Shown: positions 9,664-18,483 of the stretch, piece after piece | How the letters are laid out: each line of letters opens with the position of its first letter | Position numbering within the stretch: the stretch's first letter is position 1 | Assembly (NCBI RefSeq): GCF_042660085.1 | Contig: NZ_JBHSTI010000008.1 | Span: 450,001 to 482,000 of the forward strand | Reading direction: 5' to 3' | DNA length: 32,000 nt | Source: Longivirga aurantiaca | Lineage (GTDB): Bacteria > Actinomycetota > Actinomycetes > S36-B12 > CAIYMF01 | The notes under the pieces: model-generated | Database searches by the model: none | What the model saw: the letters and a program-made list of their open reading frames with translations, nothing else | What the model was told of the DNA's origin: nothing | Made by a program: the position numbers and the translations under genes

Positions 9664-10086
9664 ATGCACGTGACCGTCGTCTTCCTGCTGGTCGGCATCG
9701 CCGTGGTCACCGCCGTCGCGCTGCTCGCGGTCGGACGCCTCGGCGAGCTGCCCGAGGTGGAGCCCGACCGCGCACCCACGCTGCTTCCGGACACCCGCCT
9801 CGTCGAGAGCGACGACGTCGACAACGTCCGGTTCGCCGTCGGGCTGCGCGGCTATCGGATGGATGAGGTGGACGACGTCCTGGACCGCCTCGCCGCCGAC
9901 ATCGCCGAGCGCGACGCCCGCATCGCCGAGCTCGAGGGGCGTGGCGCCGGCGCCCCCGCTGCCGGTGCGGCGACGGCGACCGCCACGGGCACGGGCACCG
10001 CCTGGGCCGAGGCGAGCGCTGCGGATGCCGGTGCCGCCCCGAGCGCGGGCGCACCCGACGCCGGTCGCGGCGCACCCGAGGCATGA
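9664..10086 (+). CDS. DivIVA domain-containing membrane-anchored protein
   Basis: MHVTVVFLLVGIAVVTAVALLAVGRLGELPEVEPDR...VRFAVGLRGYRMDEVDDVLDRLAADIAERDARI; Ala/Thr/Gly-rich tail. Confidence 0.85.
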   Translation: MHVTVVFLLVGIAVVTAVALLAVGRLGELPEVEPDRAPTLLPDTRLVESDDVDNVRFAVGLRGYRMDEVDDVLDRLAADIAERDARIAELEGRGAGAPAAGAATATATGTGTAWAEASAADAGAAPSAGAPDAGRGAPEA

Positions 10087-10685
10087 CCCCGGTCGGCGAC
10101 GCGGTCGTCGGCGACGACGGCCTCGCCCGCTGCCCCTGGGGCCTGTCGACCCCGGACTACGTGGCGTACCACGACACCGAGTGGGGCCGGCCCGTGCACG
10201 GCGACGTGGCGATCTTCGAGCGGATCACGCTCGAGGCGTTCCAGTCGGGCCTGGCGTGGATCACGATCCTGCGCAAGCGCGAGGGGTTCCGCAGCGCCTT
10301 CGCCGGCTTCGACCTCGCGGCGGTCGCGGCCTTCGGCCCTGACGACCGGGCCAGGCTCCTGGAGGACGCCGGGATCGTGCGCAACCGGGCCAAGGTCGAC
10401 GCCACGCTCACGAACGCGCGCGCCACCCTCGCGCTCCTCGACGCGGACGGTGAGGGCGCGCTGGACCGGCTCGTGTGGTCCTTCGCCCCCGAACCGCGAC
10501 CGAGGCCGCGGAGCCACTCCGAGGTGGCCCCCAGCACGCCGGAGTCGGTCGCGCTGGCCAAGGCCCTGAAGAAGCGCGGGTTCGTCTTCGTGGGCCCCAC
10601 CACGATGTATGCCGCGATGCAGGCGATGGGCCTCGTCGACGACCACCTGCAGGGCTGCCACGTGCCCCCGGCGGCCGCTCGCTGA
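10083..10685 (+). CDS. tag: DNA-3-methyladenine glycosylase I
   Basis: CPWGLSTPDYVAYHDTEWGRPVHGD, FERITLEAFQSGLAWITILRKREGFRSAFAGFD, GPTTMYAAMQAMGLVDDHLQGCH; ATGA overlap with the preceding gene. Confidence 0.95.
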   Translation: MTPVGDAVVGDDGLARCPWGLSTPDYVAYHDTEWGRPVHGDVAIFERITLEAFQSGLAWITILRKREGFRSAFAGFDLAAVAAFGPDDRARLLEDAGIVRNRAKVDATLTNARATLALLDADGEGALDRLVWSFAPEPRPRPRSHSEVAPSTPESVALAKALKKRGFVFVGPTTMYAAMQAMGLVDDHLQGCHVPPAAAR

Positions 10686-10705
10686 ACCGCCCCGCCCCCC
10701 GCGGT

Positions 10706-10735
10706 TTGGGAGCACGGGTGGTGATCAGGGATAAT
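10706..10735 (+). promoter_or_regulatory. Putative housekeeping promoter for the DUF3117 gene
   Basis: TTGGGA (10706-10711), 18-bp spacer, GATAAT (10730-10735), about 90 bp upstream of the ATG at 10825. Confidence 0.45.
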
Positions 10736-10772
10736 GGGCGAGTTCGCCCAGGTCTTCAGCCAGGGCGTCCGC

Positions 10773-10792
10773 GGGCGCCGAACTCGGCGCCC
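10773..10792. repeat. Inverted repeat (hairpin) in the predicted 5' UTR of the DUF3117 gene
   Basis: GGGCGCCGA-AC-TCGGCGCCC, 9-bp perfect arms with a 2-nt centre. Confidence 0.6.
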
Positions 10793-10824
10793 CACCGCAG
10801 GTACGACGCGAAAAGGGGTGCAGC

Positions 10825-10992
10825 ATGGCCGCCATGAAGCCGCGAACGGGCGATGGCCCGCTCGAGGTCACCAAGGAGGGTCGCGGCATCGTGATGCGCG
10901 TCCCGCTCGAGGGCGGCGGCCGTCTCGTCGTCGAGCTCACCCCCGACGAGGCGCGCGACCTCGGAGCCCAGCTCACGACCGTCGCCGGCTGA
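10825..10992 (+). CDS. DUF3117-family small protein (55 aa), missing from the supplied ORF track
   Basis: ATG at 10825; MAAMKPRTGDGPLEVTKEGRGIVMRVPLEGGGRLVVELTPDEARDLGAQLTTVAG, stop TGA 10990-10992; Shine-Dalgarno-like purine tract aaaagggg upstream. Confidence 0.93.
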   Translation: MAAMKPRTGDGPLEVTKEGRGIVMRVPLEGGGRLVVELTPDEARDLGAQLTTVAG

Positions 10993-11011
10993 CGCCGGCG
11001 ACCACGACGAC

Positions 11012-11043
11012 AAGGCCCGGCCCCCGCACGGGGGCCGGGCCTT
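11012..11043. terminator. Bidirectional intrinsic-type terminator between convergent genes
   Basis: AAGGCCCGGCCCCC-GCAC-GGGGGCCGGGCCTT, 14-bp perfect stem, between the DUF3117 gene (+) and the O-methyltransferase gene (-). Confidence 0.88.
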
Positions 11044-11058
11044 CGTGCGGTCGGGTGC

Positions 11059-11709
11059 CTAGCGGCGTACGGCGGTGAGCAGGCCGTCGCCCACCGGGAG
11101 CAGGGCCACGACCCAGCGCTCGTCCTCGCGCAGCGCGGTGAGTACGCCACGGATCGCGATGGTGTCGGGATCGCGCTGCGCGGGGTCGGCCACCTTGTCG
11201 TGCCAGAGGCTGTTGTCGATCGCCATCACGCCGCCGGTGCGCAGGAGCCGGGCGGCCTCCTCGACGTAGTCGGCGTACTCCTGCTTGTCGCCGTCCACGA
11301 GCACGAGGTCGTAGGCGGCGTCCGCGAGGCGCGGGAGCACCTCGAGCGCGCGTCCGGTGATGAGCCGGGCGCGGGAGGCGGGGATCCCCTCGGCCGTGAA
11401 GGCCTCGCGGGCGTGGCGCTGGTGCTCCGCCTCGACATCGACGGACGTGAGCACGCCGTCCTCGCGCATCCCGCGCAGGAGCCAGAGCCCCGACACTCCG
11501 GTGCCGGTGCCGATCTCCACCACGTGCCGGGCGTCGATCAGGGCGGCCAGGAGGCGCAGCGTGGCACCCGCCCCGGCCAGGATCGGGACGCAGCCGACCT
11601 CCTCGGCCTTGGCGCGCGCCTCGGCGATCAGGTCGTCCTCGGCGACGTACGCCTCGGCGTAGTCCCAGCTGGCACGGTTCGCGGCGAGCGCGCGGGCGTC
11701 GGTGTCCAC
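11059..11709 (-). CDS. SAM-dependent O-methyltransferase (class I, COMT-like)
   Basis: [83 protein letters not shown]. Same placement as the O-methyltransferase next to sigE in mycobacteria. Confidence 0.9.
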   Translation of the reverse strand: MDTDARALAANRASWDYAEAYVAEDDLIAEARAKAEEVGCVPILAGAGATLRLLAALIDARHVVEIGTGTGVSGLWLLRGMREDGVLTSVDVEAEHQRHAREAFTAEGIPASRARLITGRALEVLPRLADAAYDLVLVDGDKQEYADYVEEAARLLRTGGVMAIDNSLWHDKVADPAQRDPDTIAIRGVLTALREDERWVVALLPVGDGLLTAVRR

Positions 11710-11746
11710 GCGGCGAGGCTATCGGCAGCAGGGCTCTGACGTGGGC

Positions 11747-11773
11747 GGGAACCCCGGAGGCGTCCGGTTCGTC
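11747..11773 (+). promoter_or_regulatory. Putative ECF-type autoregulated promoter of sigE
   Basis: GGGAACC (11747-11753), 16-bp spacer, CGTC (11770-11773), an ECF-like -35/-10 arrangement about 130 bp upstream of the preferred sigE start. Confidence 0.5.
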
Positions 11774-11903
11774 CACGTGGGAGCGGCCCGGCCGGGCCGC
11801 GATTTCGCGCTGCGACGCAGAGGAAGGCACCATGGTGTCCACGACCGCTGGGGGCAGGGCCCACCTCGCCCTCGCGGACCGGTCGAGCGCGGAGGTGGTC
11901 GCC

Positions 11904-12512
11904 ATGAGCGAGCCGACGGAGCAGACGGGGGCCGACCCCGTCGTGGGTCCGGACTGGGACGCGCCCTCCTGGGACGACGTCGTCCGCGACCACGGTGCCC
12001 GCGTCTACCGCCTCGCCTACCGCCTGACCGGCAACCAGCACGACGCCGAGGACCTGACGCAGGAGGTCTTCGTCCGCGTCTTCCGCTCGCTCTCGCAGTA
12101 CACGCCGGGCAGCTTCGAGGGCTGGCTGCACCGCATCACCACCAACCTGTTCCTCGACCAGATGCGCCGCAAGGCCCGCATCCGCTTCGACGGCCTGCCC
12201 GACGACGCCGCCGACCGCATCCCCTCGCGCGAGATCGGCCCGCAGCAGCTGCTCGACGACCGCGCGTACGACGCCGACGTGCAGGACGCGCTCGACTCGC
12301 TCCACCCCGACTTCCGGGTCGCGGTCGTGCTCTGCGACGTCGAGGGCATGACGTACGAGGAGATCTCGGACCTGCTCGGCATCAAGCTGGGCACCGTCCG
12401 GTCGCGCATCCACCGCGGTCGCGCGGCGCTGCGGCAGGCGCTGGCCCACCGGACCCCCAAGACCGCCGTCCGCTTCCCGCTCGGCCACGACGCCGCGGGG
12501 GGCACCGCATGA
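11904..12512 (+). CDS. sigE: RNA polymerase ECF sigma factor, SigE-like
   Basis: [61 protein letters not shown] (region 2); [40 protein letters not shown] (region 4); ggagg upstream of the ATG at 11904 supports this start over 11832. Confidence 0.92.
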   Translation: MSEPTEQTGADPVVGPDWDAPSWDDVVRDHGARVYRLAYRLTGNQHDAEDLTQEVFVRVFRSLSQYTPGSFEGWLHRITTNLFLDQMRRKARIRFDGLPDDAADRIPSREIGPQQLLDDRAYDADVQDALDSLHPDFRVAVVLCDVEGMTYEEISDLLGIKLGTVRSRIHRGRAALRQALAHRTPKTAVRFPLGHDAAGGTA

Positions 12513-13114
12513 CCGTGCTCCCGGGCCTGCCAGGACGCCCCGGCGGCTGCCTCGGCGACCGCATCGCCGACCTCGCCGACGGGCGCCTCGCGCCGTCGGA
12601 CGCCGAGACCGCCTTCGCCCACGTCGCGGTGTGCGACCGCTGCCGCGTCTCCCTCGACACCGCCCGTGCCGCGTCCGCGGCCCTCTCCGAGCCGGCCCCC
12701 GGCCCGAGCGAGGACCTCCTGGCTCGTCTGCTCGGCATCCCCGCGGCCGAGGAGGCCGCGGCGCGCCCGTTCGTGCCGCCGGTCGTCCCGGCGCAGGCGG
12801 GCACCCGGCCGAGCGGTTCCGCGGGCGTGCGGCCTTCCGCAGCGGGCTCCTCGAGCCGGCCCGCCACCCGGCGCCGCCGGGTCCGTGTCGCCGTGGGCTC
12901 GGCCGCCGGCGCTGCCGCCCTGGCCGTCGCCGCCGTCGTGGGCGGCACCCCCGCCGCCCTGGGCGGCCCGCAGGCACCCGCGTCCCAGTTCGCCCCCGTC
13001 GTGGACGCGCTCGCCGGCGAGCACTCGGCGTCGACGCAGCGCATGCCGTTCTCCGGCCCGCTCGTGATCACCGCGGCGTTCGACAGCGGGTCCGGCTCGT
13101 CCGTCCGTCCGTGA
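12509..13114 (+). CDS. Anti-sigma factor, RseA-like zinc-binding anti-sigma fold with one TM segment
   Basis: [40 protein letters not shown] (HxxxCxxC-type), TM region [20 protein letters not shown]; ATGA overlap with sigE. Confidence 0.87.
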   Translation: MTVLPGLPGRPGGCLGDRIADLADGRLAPSDAETAFAHVAVCDRCRVSLDTARAASAALSEPAPGPSEDLLARLLGIPAAEEAAARPFVPPVVPAQAGTRPSGSAGVRPSAAGSSSRPATRRRRVRVAVGSAAGAAALAVAAVVGGTPAALGGPQAPASQFAPVVDALAGEHSASTQRMPFSGPLVITAAFDSGSGSSVRP

Positions 13115-13124
13115 GCGCCCGGTC

Positions 13125-14279
13125 GTGAGCGCGCGCCTCCTCGTCGTCACCGGGGCAGCCGGTGTGGCGGTCCTCGCCCTGTGCTCGCTCGCCGCCCTCG
13201 GCGGGAGCCCCTCGCAGGCGTCGAGCGACGGGTGGGCCGGGTGGACCGGCGAGGTCGACACCGCGGCGGTGTCCGACAAGGACGCGATGACCCCCGACGA
13301 CGCGGTCGCGGTGCGGCTGCTCGCCCGTTCGGCCGAGGCGGCGGGCTCGGTCGGCTACTCCGGACGGGTGACGGCCGAGGACAGCTCCGGCCTCGTCACC
13401 ACCACGCTCGTGCACGCCCCTGGCTTGGGCACCGTCACCACGGTGGTGTCGGACTCCCTGCGGGAGCCGGTCTTCGCGCCCGATGGCCGCAGCGGCTCGT
13501 TCGCCGACGAGGGCCGCCAGCTCGACCTGCTGCGCATCAACTACCGGGTGCTGCGCCAGGCCGACCTCGACACAGGCATCGCCGGCCGCCCGGCCGAGGC
13601 CGTGGTCGCCGTCGGGTCCGACGGCGCGACGGCCGCCCGCTACTGGCTGGACGCCGAGACCGGGCTGCTGCTGCGCAAGGAGCTCGTCGACGCGGACGGA
13701 GCCGTGCGCGTGCGGTCCGGGTTCGACCAGCTGAGCCTCACGTTCGACCCGGCCGTGGTGGCCAAGGCCGAGACGTCGCAGGTCGCCGACGCCTGGGGCG
13801 CCGAGCTCGACGAGGCCGGGCTCCGTGCCGCACGGCTCGCCGGGTGCGACTGCCCCGACTCCCTGCCCGGGGGCCTCACCCTCGTGGAGACCAGGCGTGC
13901 GCCCGCCGGGGCGGTGGGCGCCGTCCCCGTGGTCCACCAGCTCTTCTCCGACGGGCTCGTGAGCGCGTCGCTGTTCACCCTGCAGGGCTCGCTCACCGAG
14001 GCCGACACCGAGGGCCTCCGCGCCCGCGGCTTCGCGCTCACCGACCTCGACGGGCTGTCGGCCTGGGTGCGCGGCGGCAAGTCCTCGGCGTCGAGCGCGA
14101 CGGTCGTGTGGGAGTGCGACGACGACGTGCTCACCCTCGTCGCCGACGACGCCCTGCAGCCGCTCGCGGTCGCCCAGGCCGTGCTCTCGGCCCTGCCCCC
14201 GACGAGGCCGACCGAGGACGGCTCGTTCCTGGGCCGTGTCGCCCGCGGCTGGGACCGCCTGACCGGGGGAGGGGCGTGA
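13125..14279 (+). CDS. Secreted or lipoprotein-like protein with an RseB/MucB-like N-terminal region
   Basis: N-terminal hydrophobic segment; VRLLARSAEAAGSVGYSGRVTAEDSSGLVTTTLVHAPGLGTVTTVVSD...YWLDAETGLLLRKELVDADGAVRVRSGFDQLSLTF; downstream of sigE/anti-sigma. Confidence 0.72.
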   Translation: MSARLLVVTGAAGVAVLALCSLAALGGSPSQASSDGWAGWTGEVDTAAVSDKDAMTPDDAVAVRLLARSAEAAGSVGYSGRVTAEDSSGLVTTTLVHAPGLGTVTTVVSDSLREPVFAPDGRSGSFADEGRQLDLLRINYRVLRQADLDTGIAGRPAEAVVAVGSDGATAARYWLDAETGLLLRKELVDADGAVRVRSGFDQLSLTFDPAVVAKAETSQVADAWGAELDEAGLRAARLAGCDCPDSLPGGLTLVETRRAPAGAVGAVPVVHQLFSDGLVSASLFTLQGSLTEADTEGLRARGFALTDLDGLSAWVRGGKSSASSATVVWECDDDVLTLVADDALQPLAVAQAVLSALPPTRPTEDGSFLGRVARGWDRLTGGGA

Positions 14280-14938
14280 GGCGCGGGGCTGTCATCGCGG
14301 CCGTCGTGGTCCTCGTGCTGCTGGGCGTCGCGGTCGGGGCGGACCGCGCGGCCGTGGCGGTGGCCGAGCGCACGGTGACCGAGCGCGTCGCCGCAGAGCT
14401 GCCCGGCGCGACCGACGTGACCACGTCGATCGAGGGCTTCCCGGCCCTGACCCAGGTGCTGCGCGGGTCGCTCGACCATGTGACCGTCACGGCGGCCGAC
14501 GTGCCCACCGAGCAGGGCACCCTCGACTCCGTCGTGGTCGACCTGTACGGCGTGGCCACGTCGTCGCCGCGCACGGCGTCCTCGGTCGAGGCCACCGCGG
14601 TCGTGCCGCTGGCCGTCCTCGCCGAGCAGCTCGGCGACAGCTGGGAGCTGGCGGTCGAGGGCGACGCGCTGACCGCGTCGTTCACCGGCGCGGTGTCGGC
14701 CACGGCGACGGTGGTGCCCGTGGTGACCGACGGCCGCATCACGCTGGACCTGCAGAAGTTCTCGCTCCTCGGGCTGGAGGTGTCGGGTGACAACGTCCCC
14801 GACTTCGTCACCCAGGCGCTCAACGACATGGTCGGCTCGGTCGGAGACCTGCCGTTCGGCCTGACGCCCACCGAGGTCACCGTGATCCCGACGGGCGTGC
14901 AGGTGCGGGCCGCGGGCACCGCCGTAGCGCTGGAGTGA
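14276..14938 (+). CDS. LmeA-family (DUF2993) phospholipid-binding protein
   Basis: VRRGAVIAAVVVLVLLGVAVGADRAAVAVAERTVTERVAAEL...VTTSIEGFPALTQVLRGSLDHVTVTAADV...GLTPTEVTVIPTGVQVRAAG; GTGA overlap with the upstream stop. Confidence 0.87.
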   Translation: MRRGAVIAAVVVLVLLGVAVGADRAAVAVAERTVTERVAAELPGATDVTTSIEGFPALTQVLRGSLDHVTVTAADVPTEQGTLDSVVVDLYGVATSSPRTASSVEATAVVPLAVLAEQLGDSWELAVEGDALTASFTGAVSATATVVPVVTDGRITLDLQKFSLLGLEVSGDNVPDFVTQALNDMVGSVGDLPFGLTPTEVTVIPTGVQVRAAGTAVALE

Positions 14939-15082
14939 CCGGCATCACCCCCCGGCGGTCGCCCGATCGGCAACCGCGCCCGAGTTCGCGCCGTCCCTAG
15001 GACGACGGCATGCTGGGAAGCCGACGGCCTCTCAGGACGTTCACAGGTTGCTCGCAGGTCGCACAACGGAGAGAGACACACG

Positions 15083-16492
15083 ATGGATGCACGCCCCGAC
15101 GAGCGCGCAGGAGAACCCATGAGCGACGAACGACCCCAGGACATCCCCGAGCCCGACGGCGGCTCGGTCGCCGTCCACGACGGCCAGCCCGACGCGCACG
15201 ACACCGTGGTCGTCCCGGTGCTCGACGCCGACACGCAGGACACCACCGTGCTCGCGGCACAGGACACCACCGTGTTCGCGGCGCCCGACCCGGCGGCCCG
15301 CGTCGACGGCCCGCCCGGGTACGCCGCCGGCACCCCCGTGCCCGGCTTCGAGCCGCCCCTCCTCGGTGCGCCCGAGGCCTGGGACGCGCCGCCGGCCGCC
15401 CCCGTCAAGCAGCGCACCGGCGGTGCCGGCCGCATCGTCGCGATCGCCGTCGCCTCGGGCCTGCTCGCCGGCGCCGTCGGTGGCGTGGGCGCGTACACGA
15501 TCGCCGAGAACCGCTCCGGCGGATCGCTGACGTCGTCGGGCGCGACCATCCCGCAGACCGACGCCGATCTCTCCGCGCGGCCCAGCGGGTCGATCGCGGC
15601 GGTCGCGGCCGCGGTCCTCCCGACGGTCGTGCAGATCGAGGAGCGCAACGGCACCGGAGGCGGCACCGGCTCGGGCTTCATCATCCGCGCCGACGGGTAC
15701 ATCCTCACCAACAACCACGTGGTCGAGGGCGCTGCCGACGGCGGCACGCTGACCGTGCGCTTCCAGGACGGCACCACCGTTCCGGCGAAGATCGTCGGCC
15801 GCGACACGTCGTACGACCTTGCCGTCATCAAGGTGGACAGGACCGGCCTGCCGGTGGCCACGCTCGGCAACTCCGACGGCATCGTGGTCGGCGACTCGAC
15901 CATCGCGGTCGGCTCGCCCCTCGGGCTCGAGGGCACCGTCACCGCCGGCATCGTCAGCGCGCTCAACCGTCCCGTGACGGCGGGCGGCTCGGGCGAGAAC
16001 TCGTTCATCAACGCGATCCAGACCGACGCCGCGATCAACCCCGGCAACTCGGGTGGCCCGCTGCTCGACGCCGAGGGCAAGGTCATCGGCGTCAACTCGG
16101 CCATCGCGTCGCTGTCGGACGGCAGCGGCCAGGCGGGCTCGATCGGGCTCGGCTTCGCCATCCCGATCAACCAGGCCCAGCGCGTGGCCGAGGAGATCAT
16201 CTCGGACGGAAGCTCGAGCCACCCGATCATCGGCGTGCAGGTCGACAGCCGGTACACCGGAGAGGGCGCCCAGGTCTCGGAGGTCACCGCCGGTGGTCCC
16301 GCCGAGGCTGCCGGTGTCACGAGCGGCGACATCATCGTCGACGTCAACGGCCGCGCGGTCTCGGACTCGACCGAGCTCATCGTCGCGATCCGCACCTACG
16401 CGCCGGGCGAGACCATCACCCTCGGCATCAAGGACGGCGACAGCGTCCGGACCGTCGAGGTCACGCTCGGATCGGACAGCTCGACCGGCTGA
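15083..16492 (+). CDS. htrA: HtrA/DegP-like trypsin-PDZ serine protease, membrane anchored
   Basis: ILTNNHVVEGAADGG (His), TSYDLAVIKVD (Asp), TDAAINPGNSGGPLLDAEGKVIGVNSAIAS (Ser), C-terminal PDZ AEAAGVTSGDIIVDVNGRAV; one TM before the protease domain. Confidence 0.94.
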   Translation: MDARPDERAGEPMSDERPQDIPEPDGGSVAVHDGQPDAHDTVVVPVLDADTQDTTVLAAQDTTVFAAPDPAARVDGPPGYAAGTPVPGFEPPLLGAPEAWDAPPAAPVKQRTGGAGRIVAIAVASGLLAGAVGGVGAYTIAENRSGGSLTSSGATIPQTDADLSARPSGSIAAVAAAVLPTVVQIEERNGTGGGTGSGFIIRADGYILTNNHVVEGAADGGTLTVRFQDGTTVPAKIVGRDTSYDLAVIKVDRTGLPVATLGNSDGIVVGDSTIAVGSPLGLEGTVTAGIVSALNRPVTAGGSGENSFINAIQTDAAINPGNSGGPLLDAEGKVIGVNSAIASLSDGSGQAGSIGLGFAIPINQAQRVAEEIISDGSSSHPIIGVQVDSRYTGEGAQVSEVTAGGPAEAAGVTSGDIIVDVNGRAVSDSTELIVAIRTYAPGETITLGIKDGDSVRTVEVTLGSDSSTG

Positions 16493-16576
16493 TCCCGCGA
16501 GGCACTGCACGTCGTACCCTGGGGGCGCCGACCGCGAGGTCGGCGCCCCCAGGCGCGTCAGGAAGGCGGTGAGCAC

Positions 16577-16945
16577 GTGTTCTTCGACATCGGGACGGGC
16601 GAGTTCCTGTTCATCGCGCTCGTCGCCGTGCTCATCCTCGGGCCTGACAAGCTGCCGAAGGCCATCGCCAGCATGGTGCAGTGGGCGCGCGTGCTGCGCA
16701 CCCAGGCGATGAACGCCCGGCGCGAGATCGTGGCCGCGGCCGATCTCGATCCCACCATCACCGACGACCTCAAGCAGTCGGTGAAGGACCTGGCCGACCT
16801 GCACCCGCGCCGGCTCGCGGCCTCGATCCTCAGCGACCCCGAGCCCGAGCCGAGCGGCCCCGCAGGTCCTGCCGCACCGGCCCGCGGCGCGACGGGCAGC
16901 TCCACCGCCGCACCTGCTGCAGCGTTCGACCCCGACGCCACCTGA
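16577..16945 (+). CDS. tatB: Sec-independent (Tat) translocase component TatB
   Basis: VFFDIGTGEFLFIALVAVLILGPDKLPKAIASMVQWARVLRTQAMNARREI; downstream of htrA as in other actinobacteria. Confidence 0.9.
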   Translation: MFFDIGTGEFLFIALVAVLILGPDKLPKAIASMVQWARVLRTQAMNARREIVAAADLDPTITDDLKQSVKDLADLHPRRLAASILSDPEPEPSGPAGPAAPARGATGSSTAAPAAAFDPDAT

Positions 16946-17045
16946 GCGTCGACGCCGACCGGCACGAGCGGGTGGTGATCACTGCTCCGTCCGGGCCATG
17001 TGCGTCCCGTCAGCGGTGTGCCACGGTGCCGAGCAGGACGTCAGA

Positions 17046-17061
17046 GCCGACGGGGGTCGGC
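17046..17061. repeat. Small hairpin between tatB and the S8 peptidase gene
   Basis: GCCGAC-GGGG-GTCGGC, 6-bp perfect stem; possible terminator or regulatory hairpin. Confidence 0.35.
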
Positions 17062-17182
17062 CCGTCCCGCTGGACGTATCAGGGAGCCGGTCCCGACCTC
17101 CTCCGGGTGAGGCCGCGCGCAGCGCGCGTCCCCGGCTGCCCGACGCGCAGTGCGTCCGGAGCCACGACCCGAGGGGGTTCGG

Positions 17183-18463
17183 ATGACCGACTACTGGCGC
17201 GAGGCCCGCGATGCGCGCACCGACGACCCGAACCGTCCCGGTTTCCGCATCTCGCACGTGGAGACAGACGACGGCGGGTTCCTGTTCGTACCCGACGAGC
17301 TGCTGGTGAGCGGAGCGGCCGCTGACCTTCTGCCGGTCCTGCAGGGTCCCGAGTACATCGAGCTCACCGACACGTCGCCGGGCCTGTCCGCCACCACCGT
17401 GCGGTGGTTCTCGTACGGTGGCCCGGTCCCCTTGCTGGACCACGTCGCGGCTCTTCAGGCCGATGCCCGCGGCGCGGCCCCGGCAGCCGGAGTGGATCCG
17501 GACGCCTGCCGGGTCACCCCGCACTACGTCATGTCGGGCGAGCCGTGGATCTACAAAGGTGGCCCCTTCGACCAGGTCCGTCCGGCCGAGCCGTGGTCGT
17601 CCGGACCCCTGCCGGTGCCTCTCTCCGCCCCGCATGTGGCCGTGCTCGACACCGGCATCCCCATCGAGACGCCGGGCGGGGGCATGGCTCGCCTCCGCGT
17701 GGACCCGGAGGAGGACGTGGATCGCCTGTGGCCGCCCGGGCAGGACGGGCCGTCGTTCGGCGCGGAGGCAGGGCACGGCGCGTTCATCGCCGGACTCGTC
17801 AACCGGATGACCAGCAGTCAGGCCGGCATCGTCGCGCTCCGCGTGCTGGACACCGACGGCTACGGGACCGAAGTCATGGTGGTCGACGGGTTGCACCGTC
17901 TCCGTGCCGCACATCCCACGATCGGTGTCATCAACCTCTCGCTCGGCACCCGGACCGATGGCCTCGCGCCGATCGGCCTCACGGAGGCGATCGAGGCGTG
18001 GCCCACCTCCACCGTCTTCGTGGCAGCCGCGGGCAACTGCGGTGTCACCGACCTGCCGTACTGGCCCGCTGCCATCGGTCGGGTCGTGGCGGTGGCGGCC
18101 ATCGGGTGGAACGGCGGCTCACCCGAGCCGGCGCCGTTCAGCAACACCGGTGACTGGGTCGACCTCTGCACCGACGGCGTGAGCGTCCTCAGCATCCACT
18201 CCTTCGGGCGGGTGCCGATCGACAGCGCTTCCTTCGACCTGATCGAGGGGTGGGTGCGCTGGAGCGGCACGTCGTTCGCCGCTCCCATCGTGGCCGCCGA
18301 GATCGCGCGCCGCATGGTCGAGCGGAACATAGGGGCGGGCGCCGCCCTGCGGAGCCTCCTGGCCGACCTGCCTGACGCCTCGGCAGTGTCGCCCGCTCTG
18401 CGCGGATTCGGTCGTCTCTACGACCCCAGGCAGTCGGTGGGGATCGACCCGACGTCGCCGTGA
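17183..18463 (+). CDS. S8-family subtilisin-like serine peptidase without a recognisable signal peptide (426 aa)
   Basis: Catalytic motifs VAVLDTGIP (D156, codon 17648-17650), GHGAFIAGL (H198, codon 17774-17776), GTSFAAPIVA (S364, codon 18272-18274), plus VAAAGNC (oxyanion Asn). ATG at 17183 preceded by a purine-rich gagggggttcgg. Confidence 0.93.
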   Translation: MTDYWREARDARTDDPNRPGFRISHVETDDGGFLFVPDELLVSGAAADLLPVLQGPEYIELTDTSPGLSATTVRWFSYGGPVPLLDHVAALQADARGAAPAAGVDPDACRVTPHYVMSGEPWIYKGGPFDQVRPAEPWSSGPLPVPLSAPHVAVLDTGIPIETPGGGMARLRVDPEEDVDRLWPPGQDGPSFGAEAGHGAFIAGLVNRMTSSQAGIVALRVLDTDGYGTEVMVVDGLHRLRAAHPTIGVINLSLGTRTDGLAPIGLTEAIEAWPTSTVFVAAAGNCGVTDLPYWPAAIGRVVAVAAIGWNGGSPEPAPFSNTGDWVDLCTDGVSVLSIHSFGRVPIDSASFDLIEGWVRWSGTSFAAPIVAAEIARRMVERNIGAGAALRSLLADLPDASAVSPALRGFGRLYDPRQSVGIDPTSP

Positions 18464-18483
18464 GTCCTGCACCCGGGACGTGC

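Noticed and set aside
11904-16945. The first sigma factor and HtrA as part of the CHAT system
   Set aside because: The sigE/anti-sigma/htrA/tatB order matches conserved actinobacterial envelope-stress synteny and is separate from the 17-22 kb module.
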